64,000 nt of DNA from Mobula hypostoma (lineage: Eukaryota). The notes under the pieces are model-generated. The model did no database searches and was not told the origin of the DNA. It saw nothing but the letters and a program-made list of their open reading frames with translations. The position numbers and the translations under genes were made by a program. Shown here piece after piece: positions 1 through 48,479 of this stretch (position 1 is the first letter of the stretch; every line of letters begins with the position of its first letter). The stretch is taken from the NCBI RefSeq assembly GCF_963921235.1, contig NC_086097.1, positions 69,628,001 through 69,692,000 on the forward strand, written 5' to 3'.

Positions 1-500
1 CACACAATTTTTGTTTCTCTTTTGCAGCCATAGAATCTCTTATCCGTCATCCCTAACTATCAAGTTTCCTATCACTACCACTCTGCCTGACTTCACCCTT
101 CCCTGCTGAGCCTCAGAACCTGCTACAGTGCCACTGGCCTGGCTGCTGCTGCTGCTAAGCTCTGATAGGTCAAACCCCCAGCAGTATCCAAATAGGTTTA
201 CTAGTTGTGGAGGGGAATGGCCACAGCGGAAACCTGTACTGACTGCTTACTCCCCTTATTTCTCTTAGCTGTCACCCATCTACTATCTGAAACCTGCACT
301 CTGGGTGTGACCACCTCAGTAAAAGACACGTATATGAAGCTTTCAGCCTCCTGGATGGTTGTGAGTGCATCCAGCTCCAGTTCCTTGACATTTGTCAGTC
401 AGAAGCTGAAGTTGGGTGCACTTCCTGCAGACAGTAGTCATCAGGGAGACTGTTAGGTACCCTGAAATCACATATCTCGCAGGAGGAGCATTCCACTACC
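1..500 (-). mobile_element. CR1 LINE ORF1-region remnant
   Basis: Reverse complement of about 170-230 resembles the CR1 ORF1 segments at 41341-41385 and 44421-44450. Confidence 0.45.
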
Positions 501-884
501 TTAACTACCATCCTGCCTACACTTTTCATGCTTCTAACTTCTCGGATTTAAGGTCTAATCTGTGCCTGCTGAGCTTAAACTTGACCACTCTAACACTAGC
601 CACATTAGGCCAAAGCCTGATCACTGACACAATGGCTGGCTCAATAATAGCCGCTTGGCATCAGCAGGATGACAGCTTAAGGACACTTGAGCTGATGGCA
701 TTCTCCACAAGAGTCCAGTGATTCAGCGTTAAATTCTTGAGAGCTTGTACGAAGTGTAATTAATGTAAGTACAGTAAATCATTTGTGAATGGGAGAACAA
801 CTGCTTATTGAAAGGTAAGTAAAATATATTTGATTTAATTTAGTTTAAAAATTTGTGTGGATGGGAGGGATTCATTTCATTTAT

Positions 885-1131
885 TTAGTTATTTAGAGGT
901 ACAGCACATTAACAGGCCCGTCTGGCGCAATGAGCCCGCCCTGTTACACCCATGTGACTAATTAACCACTATCCCATACGGCTTTGGAATGTGGAAGGAA
1001 ACCAGAGCACCTGGAGGAAACCCACATGGTCAGGGGAAATGTACAAACTCCTTACTGACAGTGGTGGGAATTGAGCCTAGGTCACTTGTGCTGTAATAGT
1101 GTTGTGCTAATCACTACGCTATGATGCTGCC
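885..1131 (-). mobile_element. tRNA-derived SINE (HE1/V-SINE-like)
   Basis: Minus strand shows A-box (tagcgtagtg), B-box (ggctcaattcc), core tgggtttcctccaggtgctctggtttcc and a CR1-like tail; homologous to 31115-31447 and 63283-63552. Confidence 0.75.
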
Positions 1132-1399
1132 TATAATTTTTATCTTTTAAAAAAAGATCCTAAGTAATTTCCAATATTCGAATGTCGAAAATGTCTCAAA
1201 TTTCAGTGTGATTGTGTGTCTTATGAGTTGTTAAAGGTCATTTTGTCAGTTGCACCAGTGTTAGGGGCTTGGAGAAGCACTGAACCTTGCTGATGAGTTG
1301 GGATCTGGACTCCCAGTGAAAGTTTGGATCTGGTACCATAGTAAAAGAGGTCTCTGATCTCAGGGCAGGAGGTTTTAATTGTCTGTGTTTCCTGTTTAG

Positions 1400-37838
<36,439 letters not shown>

Positions 37839-38700
37839 ACTGATCATTGGTGGATAGTGAACAGACACTAAACTGAAACTTAAATAAAACTCTTGTGTTT
37901 GTGTGGAAAAAGATGTTGACCTCCAGCTGTGCTCTGATACAGCATGCCTTTTTGAGGCTTTAGAGTTAAAAAAAAACATAATGAGTAACTGTTAGCTGCT
38001 AATGTTTTGGCAGGAACAAAATTCTCCTGTTAATAATTACACAGCCAGCAAATAAAAATGGCACAGAGCACTGTGTGCTGCTTCAAGGGCTTAAGGGGCT
38101 GAAAGTGGAACAGTTTCTCAATGTTCCCAAGGGCAGTTTTTTGGTCACATTTTCAGTGTTTAATTTTTTGACGATGCACTGTCATATTTTGTTTCAATAC
38201 TCACAGCAATTGGTACCTGGGTTCACTAAGAATGCCACATTTTGATCTTTTTTGCTGGCCTAATGCTATTGGTCAAGAAACTGCTTGAGTAGAATTGTAA
38301 TGTAGAGAGTGAATGGGCACTTCTCCCAAAATATTTTCTGTTTACTAGTGCCTGCACTGTTTATTGGAGTATTAAAGTTTTACTTGCTCTCAGTTTTGTA
38401 AAACAATCATGAATAAGCTTTATTTCCCCCTCCCTGTTTTTTTGGTGTATGTTTTCATTCTTGAATGCCCTGCTCTGAAGATCAAATCCTTGAATGCATT
38501 TGTGCAATTTTACAGTAAAGCTAGAAACACTGGTTCTAGGTGCAAGGCACAATTTGAAGCAAGCTAAGCTTTTCTCTGTATTTCTTTGTATATTATAAAC
38601 ATTTATTTAACTCAAGTTGCAGTTTCAAGTTATACAAACTATTTTCAAAGGTGTATGCTCAAATAATCATTAAAATGTTTGCAAAGTATTTAAGTGAGTA
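37839..38700 (+). other. HECTD1: HECTD1 3' UTR with candidate poly(A) signals (AATAAA 37883, 38051; ATTAAA 38371, 38669)
   Basis: Repeat-free AT-rich stretch after the stop; hexamers seen directly; which site is used is unknown. Confidence 0.6.
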
Positions 38701-38902
38701 ATCTTTTTTGCAACAATCTTAATTAAACTTAGAGGTAGAAAAGTATTTTGGATAAGGAAAACTAGTATTAAAATGCCAAAAGTAAATTTAAATTATTGTT
38801 GTAGATTTTCCTAATCAGGATACTCCAGTCTTGTTAAACCCTTGATAGCTATATGAAAACCATGACTACCTGCAGCTTCCTCTCCAGGTTGTACACTAAA
38901 GG

Positions 38903-41340
38903 ATTCAAGATTGTTTAATGTCATTTCCAGTACACAAGTGTAAAGGAGAACAAAATAATTGTTACTCCGGAGTTGATGTAGCACAAAAAAACCTCAATAA
39001 GGAACACAATAATAACAAAAAAACAGAATAAATATAAATGCACAAGATAGATTATATACTTAAATTTATTACAGTATATGTCCATAAAATGTTGTTAGAC
39101 ACAGGTGTGAATATACATGAGGAGACTGACAGGAAATGATAAAGTAGTGGTGATTGGGGTGTGGAGGGGTGGACTAGTGAGTGAAGGTGTTGATCAGCCT
39201 TACTGCTTGTGGAAAGTATTTGTCTCTGAGTCTGGTGGTCCTGGCAGGGTTGTTATGTAGCCTTCTCTCTGATGGACACAGTCCGTGAGCAGAAGTGGTA
39301 GAATCCTTCATGATGTTACTGGTCCTTTCTCTGCACCTTTCTATATATACAGTGGCATGCAAAAGTTTGGGCACCCCGGTCAAAATTCCTGTTACTGTGA
39401 ATAGTTAAGTGAGTAGAAGATGAACTGATCTCCAAAAGTCACTAAGTTAAAGATGAAACATTCTTTTCAACATTTTAAGCAAGATTAGTGTATTATTTTT
39501 TGTTTTCTACAATTTTAGAGTGAAAAAAAAAGGAAAGGAGCACCATGCAAAAGTTTGGGCACCCCAAGAGATTGGAGTTCTCAGATAACTTTTACCAAGC
39601 TCTCAGACCTTAATTAGCTTGTTAGGGCTATGGCTTCTTCACAGTCATCGTTAGGAAAGGCCAGGAGATGCAAATTTCAAAGCTTTATGAATACCCTGAC
39701 TCCACAAACCTTGTCCCAACAATCAGCAGCCATGGGCTCCTCTAAACAGCTGCCTAGCACTCTGAAAATTAAAATAAATGATGCCCACAAAGCAGGAGAT
39801 AGCAAAGTGTTTTCAGGTAGCCGTTTCCTCAGTTCGTAATGTAATGTAATTAAGAAATGGCAGTTAACAAGAACGGTGGAGATCAAGTTGAGGTCTGGAA
39901 GACCAAGAAAACTTTCCAAGAGAATTTCTGGTAGGATTGCTAGAAAGGCAAATTAAAACCCCCGTTTGACTGCAAAAGACCTTCAGGAAGATTGAGCAAA
40001 CTCTGGAGTGGTGGTGCACTGTTCTACTGTGCAGTGACATCTGCACAAATATGACCTTCATGGAAGAGTCATCAGAAGCAAACCTTTCCTGTGTTCTCGC
40101 CACAAAATTCAGCGTCAGAAGTTTGCAAAGTAACACCTAAACAAGCCTGATGCATTTTGGAAACAAGTCCTGTGGACTGATGATGTTAAAATAGAACTCT
40201 TTGGCTGCAATGAGCTAAGGTATGTTTGGAGAAAAAATGGTGCAGAATTTCATGAAAAGAACTCCTCTCCAACTGTTAAGCATGGGGTTGGATTAATCAT
40301 GCTTTGGGCTTGTGTTGCAGCCTGTGGCACAGGGAACATTTACTAGTAGAGGGAAAAATGAATTCAATTAAATACCAGCAAATTCTGGAAGCAAACGTCA
40401 TACCGTCTAAAAAAGCTGAAGATGAAAAGAGGATAGCTTCTACAACAGGATAATGATCCTAAACACACCTCAAGATCCACAATGGACTACCTCAAGAGGC
40501 GCAAGCTGAAGGTTTTGCCATGGCCCTCACAGTCCCCCGACCTAATCATCATCGAAAATCTGTGGATAGACCTCAAAAGAGCAGTGCATGCAAGACACCC
40601 AAGGATCTCACAGAACTAGAAGCCTTTTGCAAGGAAGAATGGGTGAAACTCCCCCGAACAAGAATTGAAAGACTCTTAGCTGGCTACAAAAAGTGTTTAC
40701 AAGCTGTGATACTTGCCAAAGGGTGTGTTACTAAGTATTGATCGTGCAGGGTGCCCAAACTTTCGCTTCAGGCCCTTTTCCTTATTTGTTATTTTGAAAC
40801 TAGGAGGTGGAAGTAGAAAAGTAATCTTGCTTAAAATATTAAAGAAACGGGTCGTCTTTAACTTTATGCCTTTTGGAAATCAGGTCATCTTTTACTCGCT
40901 TAGCTATTCACAGTAACAGAAATTTTGACCAGGGGTGCCTAAACTTTTGCATACCACTATGTCCTGGTGTCGGTGATGTGTTGGACAGTGTTGACTACCT
41001 GTTTTAGAGCTTTCCTGTCTGCCATTGTGCAGTTTCCATGCATGCAGTGATGCAGCTTGTTCAGCTGCTCTCTACTGTGCATCTGTAAAATGACAGATGT
41101 GCATAGTCCAGCTCTCTTCAGCCTCCTCAGAAAGTAGAGGCAGTGAGGCAGTGGTGGACTTTCATGATCGTGCAGAATGTGTTCTGGGACCATGAGAATT
41201 TGTGCAAGATGTGCACTCCCAGCAGTTTTAAACTTCTCACAGTTTCCACTGCTGTACTGCTAATCTAAAGAGTGGTGGTAATGCAAGTTCTTCTGAAGTC
41301 GATGACCATCTCCTTTGATTTGATGACATTGAGGAAGAAT
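38903..41340 (-). mobile_element. Rex1/Babar-type LINE 3' part, split by Tc1
   Basis: LYFLRRLKRAGL and RLRDKYFPQAVRLIN; homology continues across the Tc1 site. Confidence 0.85.
39350..40959 (+). mobile_element. Full-length (about 1.6 kb) Tc1 transposon with IR/DR-type long TIRs; frameshifted transposase 39732-40741
   Basis: TA|cagtggcatgcaaaagtttgggcacccc ... ggggtgcctaaacttttgcataccacta; inner DR near 39547; VLWTD and QQDNDPKH motifs. Confidence 0.93.
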
Positions 41341-42397
41341 ATACCTATGGCTGTTCCTCTCAACAGTAAGTATACCATTTTAAATCACCTTCCGGGGGTG
41401 GGGGGGGCGGGGCAGGAGCTGCAGTGACTGAGTCTCTGGCACCGAGTCTGGTGCTGTGGCTCAGAAGAGCAGACAGGTGATTAGAAATTAATTAATCATT
41501 AGTCCATAGTTAGACGAATGGAGATGAGATCCTGTGGGCATAATAGAGACACTTGGATTGTATGTTGCCTCCCAGGTGCCAGGGTCAGGATCCAGGGATG
41601 TGTCAGGTCGTGTCCATAGTATTCTCAAGAGTGAGGGTGAGCAGCCGGAAGTGTTAGTACATACTGGCACCAATGACATAGGTAGACAAGGTGAGGAGGT
41701 CATGAAGAGAGATTTTGGAGAGCTAGGTAGAAAGCTGAAAAGCAGGATCTCTGAATTGCTGCCTGTGCCACGCACTGTTGAGGGTAAAAATACAATGATT
41801 TTGCAGTTGAATGCGTGGCTGAGGAACTGATGCAGGGGGCAAGGGTTCAGATTTATGGATTACTGGGATCTCTTCGGAAGGTATGAGTTGTACAAAGGAG
41901 ACAGTTTACACCTAAACCTGAGGGGGACTAATATCCTTGCAGGCAGCATTGCTAGAGTTATTTGGGAGGGTTTAAACTAATTTGGCGGGGGGGGGGTGGG
42001 ATCAGGAGTGATAATGCTGAGGATGAGGTTGATGATAGGGCAAAATTGCAGTCAATAGGATGAGTTGCAACATGAAAAGTGAACGAAATTGAAAAGGGTG
42101 AATACAGGACTGTAGATGTTATATTTGAATGTGCACAGTGCATGGAATAAGGTAGATGAACTTGTAGCACAGACTCAGATTGGCATGTATGATGTGGGCA
42201 TCAGTGAATCATGGCTGAAAGAAGATTATAACTGGGAAGCTTAACATCCGAGGATACACATTGTATCAAAAGGACAGGCAGGTTAGGCAGAGGAGGAGGT
42301 GTGGCTCTGTTGGTAAAAAATGAAATTAAATCATTAGAAGGAGATGACATAGGGTCAGAAGGTATTGATTCATGCTGGTAAGAAGACCCTGATGGGA

Positions 42398-42495
42398 AAC
42401 GAGAAAATCTGCAGATGCTGGAAATCCAAGCAACACGCACAATATGCTGGGGGAACTCAGCAGGCCTGGCAGCATCTATGGAAATAGGTATAGCT
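42398..42495 (-). mobile_element. Penelope-like terminal fragment
   Basis: 13-bp TSD gaccctgatggga at 42385-42397 and 42496-42508. Confidence 0.8.
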
Positions 42496-43569
42496 GACCC
42501 TGATGGGAGTTGTATACGGGCCCCCAAACGGTAATAAGGATGTGGTCTACAAGTTACAATGGAGATAGAAAATGCAGGCCAAAAGAACAATGTCAGAATA
42601 GGAATAGGGGATTTCAATATGCAGGTAGGTTAGGAAAGTCAAGTTGGTGCTGGATCCCAAAAGGGGTAATTTCTGGAGTGCCTACGAAATGGCTTTTTAG
42701 AGCAGCTCGTGGTTGAACCACTAGGGGATCAGATATTCTGGATTGGGTGTTGTGAATGAACCAGAATTGATTAGAGAGCTTATGGTAAAAGAACACTTTG
42801 GGACAAGTGATCATAATACGATCGAATTTGAGAAGAAGCTAAAGTAAGATGTAACTGTATTAGAGTGGAGTACAGTAAAAAGAATTACATAGGAATGAAA
42901 GAGAGAAGTTGACCAAAATTGATTGGAAAAGAACACCGCCAGGGATGATGGCAGAGCAGCAATGGCTGGAATTTCAAGAAGCAATTCAGAAGGCACAGGA
43001 TATTAGATTAGATTCAACTTTATTGTCATTGTGCCCAGTACAGATACAAAGCCAATGAAACGCAGTTAGCATTTGACCAGAAATGCAAAGAATAGTGTTA
43101 TTTACAAAATAACTGCAAATAAAATGTAAGTGCTATAGCACACAAATATAAAAGTGCTGAGACAGTACAATATGGGTGCAATACTGCTTAGCGCTGTGAT
43201 GTGAAGTTCAGCGGGGTCACAGCCTCAGGGAAGAAGCTCTTCCTGTGCCTGCTGGTGCAGGAGTGGAGGGTCCTGTAGTGCCTACCGGATGGGAGGAGAG
43301 TAAAAAGTCCATGGTTAGGGTGAGATGCATCCTTGATAATGCTTTTCGCCCTGCTCAGGCAGTGTTTATGGTAGATGTTCTCAATGATGGGCAATTGGGT
43401 GCCGCTAATCCGCTGGGCAGTTTTCACCACCCGCTGGAGTGAAAATTCGGTCCGATACGGGACAATTGCCATACCACACTGAGATGCAGTTGGTGAGTAT
43501 GCTCTCAATGGTACAGCGGTAAAAGTCTGTCAGTATCCTGGGACAGAGGTGAACTTTCTTGATGCGCTG

Positions 43570-44420
43570 CCGGTAAATTGGAACACACTGGGACCATGAT
43601 GCTTTAGCCCTATTAAGCGGCTGCCCCAATTAGTTAAAGTTTCAAAATACAAAAAAGACAAACTTGGTAACAGATTATGTATTTAAATGAAATACAGAAC
43701 AGATTAGAACACTATCAATACCACTACAATACTATAAAACAATGTATCAGTTTCCGATAGTTATCCAATAGAGGAATTTCCAGCATACACTGCAGTGTTC
43801 TTTTGATTGACTGTAAATGAACAAAATCAGCGAGACATCCAGTATAGATAATTGACTGTCTTCATGCAGTCCTTTTGATGATTGCATCCTCCAAATCTTC
43901 ATTCTCCTTGTAACATTCAAGATGATTGTCGATACCTTCAGATTCTTCTTAGTTCCTAACTTGGAGTAGTGAAATCATTTTATTTTCACTCCTGGCTGTT
44001 TCTAGTATCTCCAAGCCTGAATGGCTGGCATTGAGCAAAACAGTTCTGAATTGTCCTACTGCTTATTTCTCACCAACTATCAGTGACAGAAATCTCTGCT
44101 TTTTGATCACAAACACACACAACTGACGCTACTTAAAAACTGTTCACTCTAAACACTTGTAATGCTACTGTGACACTGTAATTTCTTTTGGGATCAATAA
44201 AATATCTGTCTATCTAGTGTCTAACGGCCACACAAGTGCATGCAACTGATACCACTAAGGAACTGTTCGGCAACTGTCTCCTGCCTTAATTAAGTGGCAT
44301 AGTGTCCCAAATGAGCAAAAATAATCTCAGCTATTTTCTTGATTATTGTTCGTTCTTTAAGAGTTGTCCTAAAAAAGCAGCTGTCGATTAATGGATGGCC
44401 CAATTAATCGGAATTCACTA
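43570..44420. mobile_element. Tigger/pogo-like non-autonomous DNA transposon
   Basis: Imperfect TIRs ccggtaaattgg ... cccaattaatcggaattcact. Confidence 0.55.
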
Positions 44421-44519
44421 CATAGCATTTTGGATACTGTTGGTGGGATGACCATTCAGCAGTAGCCAGGACTGGCTCTGAGATTCAGTAGGGAAAGGCG
44501 AAGGCAGAAAGGACTGTAA

Positions 44520-45036
44520 TTATTATAGGAAAGATGTCAATAAAATTGAGAGAGTACAGAGGAAGTTTACTAAAATGTTGCCTGGGTTTCATCTCCTAAG
44601 TTATAGAGAAAGGTTGAACAAGTTAGGTCTTCATTCTTTGGAGCGTAGAAGATTGAGAGGGGACTTGATAGAGGTGTTTAAAATTATGAGGGGGATTGAT
44701 AGAGTTGACGTGGATTGGCTTTTTTCCATTGAGAGTGGGGGAGATTCAAACAAGAGGACATGAGTTGAGAGTTAAAGGGCAAAAGTTTAGGGGTAACATG
44801 AGGGGGAACTTCTTTACTCAGAGAGTGGTGGCTGTGTGGAACGAGCTTCCAGCAGAAATGGTTGAGGTAGGTTTGATGTTGTCGTTTAAAGTTAAATTGG
44901 ATAGATATATGGACAGGAAAGGAATGGAGGGTTATGGATCAAATGCAGGTCGGTGGGACTAGGTGAGAGTAGGAGTTTGGCACAGACTAGAAGGGCCGAG
45001 ATGGCCTGTTTCTGTGCTGTAATTGTTATATAGTTA
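44520..45036 (+). mobile_element. CR1 3' fragment
   Basis: LERRRLRGDLIEVFKIM and FFTQRVVAVWNELP. Confidence 0.9.
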
Positions 45037-46551
45037 TAAAGGCGTTGTTGCACCTTTTTGATCAGGATGGAGGAGTTCGGGGACCAGGTGAGATCCTCGG
45101 AAATGTGGACACCAAGGAATTTGAAGCTTGATACATGCTCCACTACAGCTCCGTTGATGTAGATGGGGACATGAGTGTGGCTCCTAGCATGCCTGAAGTC
45201 CAAGGGCTAGGTTGTTGTCGGTACACAACACGGCCAGGTGCTGGACCTCGTCCCTGTAGGCCGTCTCATCATCCCCTCTGATCAGGCCAACCACTGTGGT
45301 GTCGTCTGCGAACTTGATTATGGAGTTAGAACCATGTACAGGAATGCAGTCATAGGTGAAAAGGGAGTACAGAAGAGGGTTCAGCACACAGCCTTGAGGC
45401 ACGCTGGTGTTCAGGGTGAGAGTGGAGGAGGAGAGGTTGTTTAACTTAACTGATTGAGGTCTGTTATTCAGAAAGTCCAAGGTCCAATTGCAGAAGGATG
45501 AGCTGATACCAAGCTGGTGAAGTTTGGCGATCAGCTTGGAGGGGATCACGGTATTGAAGGCCAAACTAAAGTCAATGAATAGCATTCTGACGTAAGAGTT
45601 GGGGCTGTCCAGGTGGGTCAGGGCAGAGTGAGGTGCCATGGAGATGGCGTCCTCTGTTGACCTGTTGGTGCGATAGGCGAATTGATGGGGGTCCAGGGTA
45701 GTGGACAGACAGGATTTCAGATGTGATGTGATATATACTTACCAAAAAGGAAGAAGTATTCTAAAGACAAGATGACGCAACCATAGCTAATAATAAGTCA
45801 AAGCCAACATAAAAGCCAAAGAGAGAGCATATAATAGAGAAAAACTTAGTGGGAATTTACTTAGTGGGAATTTAGAGGATTTGAAAGCTTTTAAAAACCA
45901 CCAGATGGCAACTAAAAGAGTCATTAAGAAGGAAAAGATGGAATACAAAAGTAAGCTAGCTAATAATATTAAGGAGGACACCAAAAGTTTTTTTCAGATA
46001 CATAAAGTGTAAAAGAGAGGTGAGAGTGGATATCAGACCACTGGAAAATGATGCTGGAGAGGTAGTATTGGGACAAAGAAATGGCAGACGAACTGAATAA
46101 GTATTTTGCATCAGTCTTCACTGTGGAAGATGCTAGCAATTTGCGAGTGGCAGGGGTCAGAAGTGTGTGAAATTGCCAATGCTAGGGAGATGTTTCTTGG
46201 GAAACTAAAATATCTGAAGGTAGATTGATCACCTGGACCAGATGGTGTACTGAAATAAGTGGCTGAAGAGAATGTGAAGGTATTAGTAATGATCTTTCAA
46301 GATACACTAGATTCTGGAATGGTTCTGGAAAATTGCAAATGTCACTCCACTCTTCAGGAAGTGAGAGAGGCAAAAGATAGGAAATTATTATAGGTTGGTT
46401 AGTCTGACCTCAGCGGTTAGAAAGATGCTGGAGTTGACTGTTAAGGATGTGGTTTTGGGGTACTTGTAGGCACATGATAAATTATGGTGTATTTTATCTT
46501 GCCTGACAAATCTGTTGGAATTCTTTGAAGAAGTAACGAGCAGGATAGATG

Positions 46552-46690
46552 TTAGTCCTGATGAAGGGTCTCGGCCCGAAATATCGACTGTACCTCTTCC
46601 TACAGATGCTCCCTGGTCTGCTGCGTTCACCAACATTTTTTGTGTGTGTGGCTTGAATTTCCAGCATCTGCAGATTTCCTCGTGTTTGCG
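46552..46690 (+). mobile_element. Penelope-like terminal fragment with intact-looking hammerhead core
   Basis: Family sequence inserted into the CR1 RT. Confidence 0.8.
46554..46589 (+). ncRNA. Minimal type-I hammerhead ribozyme motif (Penelope-associated)
   Basis: AGUC-CUGAUGA-A-GGGUCUCGGCCC-GAAA-U-AUC-GACU: stem I AGUC/GACU, catalytic boxes, stem II, palindromic stem III. Confidence 0.7.
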
Positions 46691-46984
46691 TGGATAAGGT
46701 AGTAGCTGATTGGCAGGAGGCAAAGAGAGGGAAGAAAGGGAGCCTTTTCTGGTTGGTTGCCGGTGACTGGTGGTGAACCACAGGGGTCTGTGTTGGGAAT
46801 ACTTTTTATGTTATATGTCAATGACTTGGATGATGGATTTGATGACTTTGTTGCAAAGTTTGTAGTTAATAAGGTAGGAGGGGCTGAGAGCGAAAATGAA
46901 TCAGCCATGATAAAATGGTATAGCAGACCCAATGGGCCGTATGGCCTAATTCTGCTCCTATACCTTATGGTCTTTTTGCTTGTC

Positions 46985-47800
46985 ACCAGGCCTTGAGCTT
47001 TCCCATGTTGTGTCTGTAGGACAACCATTACTGTCATGTCATCTGCGAACTTGACAATATGATTACTCAGCTGTTTGGCCATGCAGTCATGTGTGAGCAG
47101 AGCATACAGCAATGCGTTCAGCACACAAACCTGGGGAGCACCTGCATTGAGGATGATGGGGAGTGAGGAGCGGTTGTGCATACTGACTATGCTGAGGTCT
47201 GTTGGTTAGGAAGTCCAACATCCAATTGCACAGTGGCGTATTTCAACAAAGGAATAGGAGTTTGTTCCACCCATTGTTCCAGGTCTGTGGGACAATGATG
47301 TTGAATGCCAAACTGAAATCCAGAAACAGCATTCTGACATAGTGTCCCTGTTTTCTAGGTGTGTCAGGGCCAAGTGCATGACAGTTGCTATGACATTTGT
47401 TGTAGAGAGATTCTGTAGGTAAGCCTATTGCTGAGTTCTTGATATGTGCCATTACCAGCCACTCAAAGTACTGCCTGACGATTGGCATCAGTGCTACAGA
47501 GCGATAGTCATTTAGTTCTGGTGGTGCAGTGTTCATTGGTAGCATGATGATGGAGGCTGATTTGAAGCATGTAGCGACAGCAACCTGGATGAGTGAAATG
47601 CTGAAGATGTCCGTGAAGAGGCCAGTGAGCTGGTGTACACACTCACCGAATACTTGGCCTGGGATGTTGTCAGGCCTGGCCACCTTACAGGGATTGACTC
47701 TCTGCAGTGTCCTCCTAGCGTCTGCTGCTGTTGCATACCTGGAAGGTGGGTAGCTTTCATGGCCAGTGTGGTGTTGCATACCTTGAAGCGAAAATAAAAG
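46985..47800 (-). mobile_element. Rex1/Babar-type LINE RT fragment
   Basis: LFLDFSLAFN, GAPQVCVL, KFADD. Confidence 0.85.
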
Positions 47801-48479
47801 TTGCTTACAGTGTCAGGGAGGGTGGCATCACTGAATTATCATCAACAGAAGGACTGTAGTTGTTCAAAAAACCTTCATTCTCAAATGTATTTAGGGGTAG
47901 ACAGTAAATGCTGACCTTGATGGTAATGCCCACATCCCACATGAATAACATTTTAACAATGAACTGTGCTTTATCTTTCCAGTGCATTGAATTGTGTTTG
48001 AGGCATACAGCATGAAATCAAACAAACAACATCTGGTGCAGTATTTGCTTCAGTCTGTCTACACTATGGCCTGTTATGTAAAGGCTGCTTAAAATGTCAG
48101 GTTCCATTTACATCAGTCTAGCTGCATTCACCTGTTGCTTCTGTAATTTTATAATTAATCTCTAGATAGGGCCAATCCCCTTACGACAAGCTCTTTCCAT
48201 TCACCAACCTTTCAGCTGTTGATCAAATGAAATACTTGAAGAGCCCTGCATTCATCTAACAAATCTGTTCCAAGATTAAATGCACAAGCTTAGAAAGAGT
48301 CTACTCTGAATAGTTATATTATGCTGAGGCATACTTGGCAAATGCTGATCTCTGAAATAGTGTTAGACTTTACCTTAGGAATTGTGTGAGATCATTTAAA
48401 AGTTCTGTTATAAAGATTCATGTAGAAACTTAGCTCTAAAATAATGAAATTTTGGCCTTTTCAGCAATTTACATACAAC

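Larger units (their letters stand above)
43003..45725 (-). mobile_element. Rex1/Babar-type LINE (43003-43570 plus 45037-45725) split by a MITE and a CR1
   Basis: [33 protein letters not shown] continues into RIKKVHLCPRIL across the insertion. Confidence 0.85.
41341..46972 (+). mobile_element. CR1 LINE (ORF1 SGNH-esterase-like, ORF2 endonuclease/RT, tail) broken by nested insertions
   Basis: QPEVLVHTGTNDIGR (ORF 41534); ORF2 breaks near 43001 and resumes near 45731; PQGSVLG at about 46780; tail ccttatggtc. Confidence 0.8.

Noticed and set aside
885..1131. A/B-box sequence as a tRNA gene
   Set aside because: No cloverleaf; it is a SINE head followed by core and tail, repeated elsewhere in the window.
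38175..38359. Two TGCACTG (miR-148/152 seed-match) sites in the HECTD1 3' UTR
   Set aside because: 7-mers occur by chance and I cannot test conservation.
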